A stretch of 39,604 nt of DNA from Gemmatimonadaceae bacterium (lineage in GTDB: Bacteria > Gemmatimonadota > Gemmatimonadetes > Gemmatimonadales > Gemmatimonadaceae), in NCBI GenBank assembly GCA_036003525.1, contig DASYSH010000339.1:1-39604 (forward strand), in the 5' to 3' direction. Position 1 is the stretch's first letter; every line of letters begins with the position of its first letter. Made by a program: the position numbers and the translations under genes. The notes beneath the pieces were generated by a model. It was given only the letters and a program-made list of their open reading frames with translations. It was not told where the DNA came from and ran no database searches. Below are positions 22,990 through 30,791 of the stretch, in pieces.

Positions 22990-23032
22990 CTATTAGATGG
23001 ATGCATCTCGTTCTTCCCTCCTCACTCCTCAC

Positions 23033-24271
23033 TCACCGCTGTTCACGCATCGCCCACTGCGCGGTCCACTCGTCGAGCCCTTCCTCGCTCATCGGACGCG
23101 CAATGAAATATCCCTGCATCACATCGCAGCCGAGCTGATCGAGCAAATCCCAGTCGGAGCGCTCCTGCACGCCCTCGGCTACGGACGTCATCTTGAGACT
23201 GCGCGCGAGCGCGAGACTCGCTTCCACAACCGAACGCTGCGTCGTTGAGTGCGAACAGCCGTTCACGAACTGGCGGTCGATCTTCAGCTCGTTGAACGGA
23301 AGTTTCTGCAATTTCGAAAGACCCGACTGTCCCGTGCCGAAGTCATCGATCGACAGCGAGAATCCTTTGAGGCGCAGTCGCGTCGCGACGTCGATCAGCC
23401 GTATGGGATCGCGCGCGACGTACGTCTCGGTGAGCTCGAGCGTAATCCAATCCGGCTCGACGCGATGCTCGAGGCACAGGGCGTTGGCGCGCTCGGGCAG
23501 GTCCAGCCTGTCGAACGCGCGCGCCGACACATTGACGGCGATGCGCAGTTCGCGTCCCGTTTCACGCCAGCGGCCGACGCACGCGATCGATTCGCGCAGC
23601 GAATAATCGGTGAGCGATGCGCTGAGATCGTCCGATCCCTCCATCAGCGGCACGAACGAATTCGGCTGAAACAGTCCGAGCGCCGGATGCTTCCAGCGGA
23701 CGAGCGACTCGACGCCCGCGAATTTTCCGGTGCGCATCCAGATTTTCGGCTGATACACGAGCTGGAGTTCCTGCCGGATGAACGCGTTCGTCAGGTCCGC
23801 CTCCGGCGCCATCTTCGCGTCTTCCGCGCGCGCCGGCGCGACGTCGCGCATTTTCGCGAAGAGCGCATCGAGCTTCTCGGCTGTCAGCGGTTTCGCGACG
23901 GAACCGAGCACGCGCAGCCCCTGCACCTCGGCGAGCATGCCCGCCGTCTCGACCACGCGCTCTTCCTCGACGCTCATGATCGCGAACGCCGACTCGAGAC
24001 CGAGCGCGGCAAACGCGCGGATCGTCTCGATGCCGTCGCGTTCGGGCATGCGCAGATCGCACAGCACGAGATCGAACCATGCGCCCGGCTGCGTCACGGC
24101 CGCGAGCGCCTCGCCGCCGTTCGCCGCCTCGGCCACGTCGGTCACGCCCGCGTGTCGCAGGACGGTGCGAACCCAACTCCGCACATGGCTTTGGTCGTCG
24201 ATGACCAAAACCCTGAACGATGACGGGTTCGTGCCGTCCGTCTTGTCGCGTCCGACGGGTACGTCAGCCAT
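23033..24271 (-). CDS. response regulator: REC domain + EAL c-di-GMP phosphodiesterase domain (RocR-like architecture)
   Basis: Start taken at ATG 24271 (MADVPVG). REC segment (VLVIDDQSHVR...DLVLCDLRMPERDG...AKPL). EAL-domain motifs (QLVYQPK, ELTE, SIDDFGTGQSGLSKL, LKIDRQF, VAEGVQ, QGYFIARP). Confidence 0.85.
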   Translation of the reverse strand: MADVPVGRDKTDGTNPSSFRVLVIDDQSHVRSWVRTVLRHAGVTDVAEAANGGEALAAVTQPGAWFDLVLCDLRMPERDGIETIRAFAALGLESAFAIMSVEEERVVETAGMLAEVQGLRVLGSVAKPLTAEKLDALFAKMRDVAPARAEDAKMAPEADLTNAFIRQELQLVYQPKIWMRTGKFAGVESLVRWKHPALGLFQPNSFVPLMEGSDDLSASLTDYSLRESIACVGRWRETGRELRIAVNVSARAFDRLDLPERANALCLEHRVEPDWITLELTETYVARDPIRLIDVATRLRLKGFSLSIDDFGTGQSGLSKLQKLPFNELKIDRQFVNGCSHSTTQRSVVEASLALARSLKMTSVAEGVQERSDWDLLDQLGCDVMQGYFIARPMSEEGLDEWTAQWAMREQR

Positions 24272-24326
24272 CCCTGATGTTACCTCACTATGGCGAGCGG
24301 GCCGATATTGAGCTAAGAATACGGGC

Positions 24327-25199
24327 ATGTTCGCTCGATTGTCGAGATTCAGGTCAACGATGACGTTGATCAGCGGCGCGATGGTGCTGACCGGTTCGAC
24401 CGCGATCGCCCAGCAGCGGACGATTCACGTCATGGGCGACGATGGTCAGGGCGTCGGGTATGCCAACGTAACGCTGGCCGGCGAACGCCCGAGAATTACG
24501 AACGAAGCAGGGGACATCGATATCGGCACATCCGCCCGCGGGTCGCTGATGGTCGACGTGCGACGCATGGGCTACGAGCCGTGGTACGGCGCCGTCACGC
24601 TGAACGACACCACCACGATGGTGACGGTGACGCTGCATCGAATCTCGCGCCGGCTTTTCACGGTCAAGGTCGTGGATACGCTGCGCACGGTGCCGATACT
24701 GTTGCGCGGATTTTATGAGCGCATGCTCGCCCGGCAGCGCGGAATCGGCACCGGCATTTACCTCACGCCGGAGGAGATCGAGCGGCACAGCACGAACCTG
24801 GCGACGTCGCTCCTGCAAGGGATCAATGGCGTGCAGCTGCAGCACACGTCGAGCGGAAAAATCGTCGCGATGAACGCGAACGGTTCGTGTCAGATGGCGG
24901 TGCTGATCGACGGACACCGCGTGTGCCCGGAGAATGGATGCGATGTCGGCGCGCCGCCGCCGCCATCCGCAGCAGCAGCCGCGTCACCCCCCGGCGCGTC
25001 ACGCCGGAGCCGCAACGCGGCGGCGAGAGACCAAAGCACCGACGGTCAGTTCGTGATCATCGACAATCTCGTGAGCGAGACCGACGTCGTGGCGATCGAA
25101 GTGTACGCTCGAGGCGCCACGATTCCGCCGTCGCTGCTCGCGGTGGATGCGTCGTGCGGGCTCGTGGCCTTCTGGACGGGCGGCAGAAAGACGCCCTGA
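24327..25199 (+). CDS. secreted CarboxypepD_reg-like + TonB-plug-like protein lacking a beta-barrel (hypothetical)
   Basis: 290 aa with a signal peptide ending AIAQQ. Beta-sandwich-like segment (VMGDDGQGVGYANVTLAGERPRITNEAGDIDIG...VDVRRMGYEPWYGAVTL). Plug-like segment (LTPEEIERHSTNLATSLLQGINGVQLQ ... VLIDGHRV ... VVAIEVYARGATIPPSL...GLVAFWT), interrupted by a Pro/Ala/Arg-rich insert. Confidence 0.55.
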   Translation: MFARLSRFRSTMTLISGAMVLTGSTAIAQQRTIHVMGDDGQGVGYANVTLAGERPRITNEAGDIDIGTSARGSLMVDVRRMGYEPWYGAVTLNDTTTMVTVTLHRISRRLFTVKVVDTLRTVPILLRGFYERMLARQRGIGTGIYLTPEEIERHSTNLATSLLQGINGVQLQHTSSGKIVAMNANGSCQMAVLIDGHRVCPENGCDVGAPPPPSAAAAASPPGASRRSRNAAARDQSTDGQFVIIDNLVSETDVVAIEVYARGATIPPSLLAVDASCGLVAFWTGGRKTP

Positions 25200-25209
25200 G
25201 CCGAACAAC

Positions 25210-26631
25210 TCAGTCGTGCACGACCGGCAGTGACTCACGCGTCCACTCGTCGAATCCGCCGCGAAGATTTACGACATCAGCGACGCCGTGACCAAGCAGC
25301 ACGCTCGCGGCAATCGCCGAGCGTGTTCCGCCCTGACACTGCACCACGACGGGCCGATCGCGCGGAATTTCCGCGAGACGTCCGGCGAGCAGGCCGACCG
25401 GAATGTGCAGCGCGCCAGGAACATGTCCGTGCGCCCACTCCGAGGCGTTGCGCACATCGACGAGCGTCACGGCGCCGTTTTTCACGCGGGGTGCGATAGC
25501 CGACGCGGTTGTCTGTGCGACACGCTCCACCGTTCCGCCTGCACCGGCCCATTCCGTCAGTGAGTCCGGTGCGAACCAGCCGACGATGCGGTCGAGCCCG
25601 ATTTTCGCCATTTCGCCCGCTGCGCGCGCGGCATCGGACTGCGAGGTGGCGATGAGATGCACATCGCGATCGTACGGCACGAGCCAGCCGGCCCAGGTTG
25701 AAAATGATTTTCCGAGCGGAATGCTGAGTGTGGCTCGCGCATGTCCGTCCGCGAACGAATCGGCCGGGCGCGTGTCGATGACGATTCCGCCGTCGTTGAG
25801 CGCGGCGCCGAGGCGCTGTGGGTCGAGACGCCCCGGCTGCGGCCACGTGTGCAGCAACGGCGGACCTTCGCGATTGATGCGTTTCATTTGCGCGAAATAC
25901 GCCGGCGGTTCGGGTTGTCCGGCGAGCACTTCGTTCACGAAACTATTTTCGTCGACGGTCATGAGGCCCCAGTTCGCGATGCGCTCGTAGCCGATCGTGG
26001 ACTGCGGCATTGCGCCGAGGGCCTTGCCGCACGCGGAGCCGGCGCCGTGACCGGGCCAGAGCTGCAGGAAATCGGGGAGCGCGCGTATCCGCTCGAGCGA
26101 GCGAAAGAGCGCATGCGCGGAATCTTTCATCGTGCCGGTGACCTTTGCGGCGCGCTCGAGCAAATCGGGGCGGCCGACATCGCCGACAAATACGCAGTCG
26201 CCCGACAGCAGCCCGACCGGACGATCCGAGGCGGCAAGATCGGTCACGAGAAAGACGAGGTGCTCCGGCGTGTGGCCGGGCGTGTGGAGCACGTCGAACC
26301 GGACGCGGCCTGCGTGAAATGTGTCGCCGTCGCGAAGCAGCGTCGCGCCGTCCGCCGCCGCAAATGCGTATTGCCAGTCACGGCCGCCTTCAGCGGACAA
26401 AAGCAGCTCCGCGCCGGTTTGCGCGGCAAGTTCGCGGCTTCCGGAAATAAAATCGGCGTGGATATGCGTTTCGGTGACGCGCGCGATGCGAAGCCGCTCG
26501 GCCGCGGCGGTCGCAAGGTATGGCGCGACGTCGCGGCTGGGATCGACGACGACAGCCTCGCCGGTCGCATCGCAGCCGATCAGATAGCTCGCCTGGGCCA
26601 GCCCGTCATCGTAGAACCGCTTGAAAAACAT
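25210..26631 (-). CDS. MBL-fold persulfide-dioxygenase-like enzyme fused to two rhodanese domains
   Basis: Start at ATG 26631 (MFFKRFYDDGLAQASYLIG). Metallo-beta-lactamase motifs THIHADFISG and HTPGHTPEH. Two rhodanese-like repeats follow; only the second has the active-site loop VVQCQGGTRS. Confidence 0.85.
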   Translation of the reverse strand: MFFKRFYDDGLAQASYLIGCDATGEAVVVDPSRDVAPYLATAAAERLRIARVTETHIHADFISGSRELAAQTGAELLLSAEGGRDWQYAFAAADGATLLRDGDTFHAGRVRFDVLHTPGHTPEHLVFLVTDLAASDRPVGLLSGDCVFVGDVGRPDLLERAAKVTGTMKDSAHALFRSLERIRALPDFLQLWPGHGAGSACGKALGAMPQSTIGYERIANWGLMTVDENSFVNEVLAGQPEPPAYFAQMKRINREGPPLLHTWPQPGRLDPQRLGAALNDGGIVIDTRPADSFADGHARATLSIPLGKSFSTWAGWLVPYDRDVHLIATSQSDAARAAGEMAKIGLDRIVGWFAPDSLTEWAGAGGTVERVAQTTASAIAPRVKNGAVTLVDVRNASEWAHGHVPGALHIPVGLLAGRLAEIPRDRPVVVQCQGGTRSAIAASVLLGHGVADVVNLRGGFDEWTRESLPVVHD

Positions 26632-26656
26632 TCGATGATCTCCGTGAAAAAGCCGG

Positions 26657-27409
26657 CTAGAGTTTCGAGTAGTTCTGCCAGAGCACGAGAATCGCAATCA
26701 CGAGCAGCAATACGGCGAAGCCTTTCTTGAGCGCGCGCTGGGGCACGCGCTTCGCGAATCGCGTGCCCGCCACGATTCCCACTACGGCGACGGCGCTGAA
26801 CATAGTCACATAGAGCCATGGCATGTCGTGCACGTCGCGGTGGCCCGCGTATCCGGACACGCAGTTCATCGCAATTACCAGAAGCGATGTGCCCACGGCC
26901 TCGCGCATCGGCACCTGGCCGAACACGACGAGTGCCGGAACGATGAGGAATCCGCCGCCCACGCCGACGAGCCCCGTCAAAAGGCCGACGCACAATGCGA
27001 TGAGATAAAGCGCCGGAGACGGCCGCTTGAGCGTGTCGGTCACTGCCGTTTCGCGCGCTGCGGAGCGCAGCATCATCGCCGCCGCGGTCGCCATCGCGAT
27101 CCCGAGGATGATCAGCTGCGTGCGCCCGTCGAGCAGCGAAGCTCCGCGCGCCCCGGCAAACGCTCCGGTCATCGCGACCGCGCCGAACAGCAGCGCGCCC
27201 GAGAGGCGCACATTTCCCGCGCGCCAATGCCCGATCGCGCCGACGAGACTCGTGATGCCGACGATCGGATAGCTCACCGCGATGGCGAGTTTCGGGTCGA
27301 ACCCGAGCACGTACACGAAAACGGGAACCGTGAGGATCGATCCGCCGCCGCCGAATAATCCGAGCGTAAGACCGATGATCAGCGCGAGAACAAGTCCGAG
27401 GGCAACCAT
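26657..27409 (-). CDS. TauE/SafE-family sulfite/organosulfonate exporter
   Basis: 250 aa polytopic membrane protein. LGLFGGGGSILTVPVFVYVLG and the later GLVGVGGGFLIVPALVVFG are the duplicated TauE/DUF81 motifs. Confidence 0.85.
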   Translation of the reverse strand: MVALGLVLALIIGLTLGLFGGGGSILTVPVFVYVLGFDPKLAIAVSYPIVGITSLVGAIGHWRAGNVRLSGALLFGAVAMTGAFAGARGASLLDGRTQLIILGIAMATAAAMMLRSAARETAVTDTLKRPSPALYLIALCVGLLTGLVGVGGGFLIVPALVVFGQVPMREAVGTSLLVIAMNCVSGYAGHRDVHDMPWLYVTMFSAVAVVGIVAGTRFAKRVPQRALKKGFAVLLLVIAILVLWQNYSKL

Positions 27410-27410
27410 G

Positions 27411-28970
27411 TCAGCCGTCCAGAAGCGGATACCAGCGCCGCGGCGCCTTGCGTTCTACGATCAGTTCGGCCGCCGCCGCGATGCGCAGCAGCATGCGTTC
27501 GCCCCATGGCCGGCCGATCGCCTGCATGCCGACGGGGAGTCCGTTCGGATCGTATCCCGCCGGAAAACTGATTGCGGGGTGACCCGTGAAATTCGACGAA
27601 AACGCGAACCGCATGATCTCGGTCGTCGTGGACAGATCTGATTCGCCATGGGGCTGTGCCGCCGGATTGATGCGCGGTGCGGTGATGCCGGTCGCCGGCG
27701 TGATGATCGCGTCCACGCCCGAAAGTGCGCGCTGAAATGTCGCGATCGCGCGCGTGCGGATCCGCTGCGCCTTCACGTAGTCGATGGCGGACGACCCGCG
27801 CGCGCTCGCGAGGTTCGCGCGCGCGTCGAGCCCGAACCGGCTGCGATCTCCGTACGGTGTCATGGCCGACAGCATTTCGCTCGTGATCGTCACGATGTGC
27901 GCGATGCGCTGCAAATCGAGCTCTTCGATCTCGACTTCGCGGAGCACGGCGCCGCGGTCCACGAGCGCGCGCAGGAGCGACTCGCAGCGCGACACGACAT
28001 CCGGAGACGCGTGACGAAACCACGGCCAATACACGCCGAGCGTGACGCCGCGCAAATCCGCCGGCGGCCCGTCGTCGATCTCGACCGCGGGGTGCCCCAG
28101 GCTCAGCGGATCGAGCGGATCAGCGCCGGCGATCAGCGCGTACGAGCGGGCGCAGTCGCGGACCGACGCGGTCATCGGTCCGACGTGCGCGAGACTCCAG
28201 CACAACGGGAACGCGCCATGTTCGCTGACACGCCCGAATGTCGCTTTGAGTCCGACGATGCCGCACATCGCGGCCGGCATGCGAATCGAGCCGCCGCCAT
28301 CCGCGCCGATCGATATGGGCGCGAGTCCGGACGCGACGATCGTCGCCGGACCGCTCGACGATCCGCCCGTGTGGTAACGATCGTCGTAGGGATTCCGCGT
28401 GGTGCCGTGATGCGGATTCAGTCCCGTCACATTGATGCCGAGCTCGTGCATGTTCGCTTTGCCCACGAGCAGCGCGCCCGCGGCGCGCAGCCGCGCGACG
28501 ACGGTCGCATCGGCCGTCGCGCGGGTGGTTCCTATGAAACTGGTGCCTGCGGTGGTCGGGTATCCCGTCTGATCCAATTCATCTTTCACCGCGACCGGCA
28601 CGCCATCGAACGGGCCGAGTTGCGTGCCGGCGCGCCAGCGCGCGCCAGATGCCTTTGCCTGCGCAGCGACATCATCGCGATCGATCGCGATGAATGCGCA
28701 CAACCCCGGCGCGTCGCGCCCGCTCCGCTCGCACTGCGCGATGAAGCGTTCCGCGATCCCCTCCGGGGTCGCGCGTCCCTCGCGGTACGCGCGCGCGAAA
28801 TCATCGATGCCCGGAAAATGAAATCCCGGCGGCGAAGCGCCCGCATCCGCTCGCGTGAGCGGCGGAATCGCGCGCGTCTCGCCGGCGAAGTGCGGAAAGA
28901 ACGTCGGCGGATCGCGCACGACTTCCGTTTGAATCCGCGAAAGCCCGGCATCGCGTTTCAGCTTGTTCAC
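27411..28970 (-). CDS. amidase-signature family amidase
   Basis: 519 aa from GTG 28970. Contains GVPVAVKDELD and the AS-family motif TGGSSSGPATIVASG. The true N-terminus is probably further upstream (see the finding on CTG 29072). Only 1 nt separates its stop from the TauE start. Confidence 0.85.
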   Translation of the reverse strand: MNKLKRDAGLSRIQTEVVRDPPTFFPHFAGETRAIPPLTRADAGASPPGFHFPGIDDFARAYREGRATPEGIAERFIAQCERSGRDAPGLCAFIAIDRDDVAAQAKASGARWRAGTQLGPFDGVPVAVKDELDQTGYPTTAGTSFIGTTRATADATVVARLRAAGALLVGKANMHELGINVTGLNPHHGTTRNPYDDRYHTGGSSSGPATIVASGLAPISIGADGGGSIRMPAAMCGIVGLKATFGRVSEHGAFPLCWSLAHVGPMTASVRDCARSYALIAGADPLDPLSLGHPAVEIDDGPPADLRGVTLGVYWPWFRHASPDVVSRCESLLRALVDRGAVLREVEIEELDLQRIAHIVTITSEMLSAMTPYGDRSRFGLDARANLASARGSSAIDYVKAQRIRTRAIATFQRALSGVDAIITPATGITAPRINPAAQPHGESDLSTTTEIMRFAFSSNFTGHPAISFPAGYDPNGLPVGMQAIGRPWGERMLLRIAAAAELIVERKAPRRWYPLLDG

Positions 28971-29079
28971 GAGAAACGGACCGGTGAACGGATTTTCGAG
29001 CAGTGACGCGACGACGCGAAGCGCGCGCGTGCCGAACCGCGGGAGCTTCAGCGAGCGGAGGTCGTACGTCAGAGAATCC

Positions 29080-30180
29080 TCACTTCGGCGTCGCAGCGAA
29101 AAAAGAATATTTCACGACGCGGCCGCGCGAGCCCGCGGCCCAGCCGCTCGAGCCGGCGAAGCTCACGCCCCAGTAGGTGGCGCTGTCGCCATAAATCCAG
29201 GTCGCGCCAAAATCGCGGGTGATCGCGGTGCCGTGCGCGCCGACCGCCGCGAACGCGGGTGGTGAACTGTTGGGAATGAACGCGAGCCCGGTCGTCGTTC
29301 CGTCCGGGCTTTTCACCGGTGTCCACGTGACACCGCCGTCGCTCGTGCGGATCGCGCGATCGCTCGGCCCGCGCGCGATCGCGTAATCGCCGCCGACGGC
29401 GAGTCCGTGCTTCGCATCCGCGAACGCGATGCCGAACAGGCCGGCGCTTGGGCCGCCCGGAAGTCCGCTCGACGCGACAGTCCATGTGTGTCCGCGGTCG
29501 GTCGAGCGAAATACGCGCGCCTCGGCGCCGCCGCCGGTTGCGATCCACGCGTTTGACGAGCCCTGCACGGCGAGCTGCGTGTTGCTCGCCGCAAATGCGG
29601 CCTCGTTCGGCAGCACGGGCGGAATATTCGCGGCGGGAATTTTCGTCCACGTCGAGCCGCCGTCGTTGGTCGTCAGGACGACGAGCCGTCCGTTGACCGG
29701 ATCGCTGAATGTGAACCCGTGCCGCGAATCCCAAAATGCGATGCCGTCGAGGAAGATCCCCTTGGTCGTATCACTCCAGGTGAGCGACCAATTTTTTCCG
29801 CCATCGACGGTGCGATAGATGCGCGCCTGGCCCTGTTCGGCGAGGCCGGCGCTCGCAATAACCGCGACGTTCGCGTCGAACGCCTTGATGCCGCGAAAAT
29901 CCAGACGGGCCGCGCCGCGCACGGTGTCGGCGGTCCACGTCGCCCCGCCATCAGCGGTGCGAAACACATGGCCGCCCGTGCACCCGGCCCATGCAACCAG
30001 CGCACTGACCGCGGAGACGCTGCGACAGCTCGCGGTCGATGCCACAGCCTCCCGTTCCCACCGAGCGGTCGCGGGCGGCGCCGGCATCGGCGATCCCGCC
30101 GTGGCCGCGGTGCGGCCCGGGCCCGCGCAGGCGGCGAACACGATCGCGAGCGCGCAGAGATGAGTTCGGTTGAAAGTCAT
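29080..30180 (-). CDS. BNR/Asp-box beta-propeller lipoprotein (Ycf48-like fold)
   Basis: 366 aa. Lipobox-like IVFAAC. Repeated Asp-box motifs (TADGGATW, TVDGGKNW, TNDGGSTW, STDRGHTW, TSDGGVTW, TRDFGATW). Confidence 0.65.
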   Translation of the reverse strand: MTFNRTHLCALAIVFAACAGPGRTAATAGSPMPAPPATARWEREAVASTASCRSVSAVSALVAWAGCTGGHVFRTADGGATWTADTVRGAARLDFRGIKAFDANVAVIASAGLAEQGQARIYRTVDGGKNWSLTWSDTTKGIFLDGIAFWDSRHGFTFSDPVNGRLVVLTTNDGGSTWTKIPAANIPPVLPNEAAFAASNTQLAVQGSSNAWIATGGGAEARVFRSTDRGHTWTVASSGLPGGPSAGLFGIAFADAKHGLAVGGDYAIARGPSDRAIRTSDGGVTWTPVKSPDGTTTGLAFIPNSSPPAFAAVGAHGTAITRDFGATWIYGDSATYWGVSFAGSSGWAAGSRGRVVKYSFFAATPK

Positions 30181-30197
30181 AAGTTACATTTGAATCT

Positions 30198-30791
30198 ATG
30201 ATGACTGCCGCGCGCTTGATTCGAACCGCCACCGCCGTTGCCGTTTTGGCCGCTGCGGCCGGATGCAAGGGAAAACCGCCGGAGCACGGTACGCTCATCG
30301 AAGATGCCCAGCCCGCGCCGCCGTTGCATCTCACCGACGCGCAGGGGCGGACCTTCGACCTCGCGGCGCAGCGCGGCAAGCTCACGTTCGTCTACTTCGG
30401 CTACACGCACTGTCCGGACGCGTGCCCGACGACGCTCACCGACTGGGCGCGCGCAAAAGCGCTCCTCGGCGAAAAGGCGCCAGCCATTCATTTTGTGTTC
30501 GTAAGTGTGGACCCCGAGCGCGACACACCGGAAATCGCGCAGCACTATGCCCGCCAATTCGATTCGACCTTCACGGGTCTGGTCGCGACCACCGCGCAGC
30601 TCGAGACCGTCAAGAATGTGTGGGGGTTCGCGGTCGAGCGCGACGAGATGCCCGGAATGAAAATGGGCGAGTACGGCGTGTCGCACCCCGCGGGCGTGTA
30701 TTTCGTCGACGGCGACGGAAAATTGAAATTCGTGTTCGCGCCGGGATCGAAGCCTGAAGAGATCGCATCGGACTTGAAGCGCCTGATGTGA
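30198..30791 (+). CDS. SCO1/SenC-family copper chaperone / thiol-disulfide protein
   Basis: 197 aa. Lipoprotein-type signal (LAAAAGC). Thioredoxin-fold motif FVYFGYTHCPDACPTT and the downstream conserved His (VSHPAGVYFVD). Confidence 0.85.
   Translation: MMTAARLIRTATAVAVLAAAAGCKGKPPEHGTLIEDAQPAPPLHLTDAQGRTFDLAAQRGKLTFVYFGYTHCPDACPTTLTDWARAKALLGEKAPAIHFVFVSVDPERDTPEIAQHYARQFDSTFTGLVATTAQLETVKNVWGFAVERDEMPGMKMGEYGVSHPAGVYFVDGDGKLKFVFAPGSKPEEIASDLKRLM

Noticed and set aside
22646-23032. N-terminal 129 codons of track ORF 21245..23032
   Set aside because: The frame merely stays open across the tRNA-Cys gene; the 'GIEPTNGRF' stretch is the translated T-arm. The real DASS protein starts at ATG 22645 with a hydrophobic N-terminus.
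22753-23032. Integrated mobile element at tRNA-Cys
   Set aside because: No integrase, excisionase or phage gene is adjacent. I saw no second copy of the tRNA 3' end in the window. The flanking genes are ordinary transporter and regulator genes.
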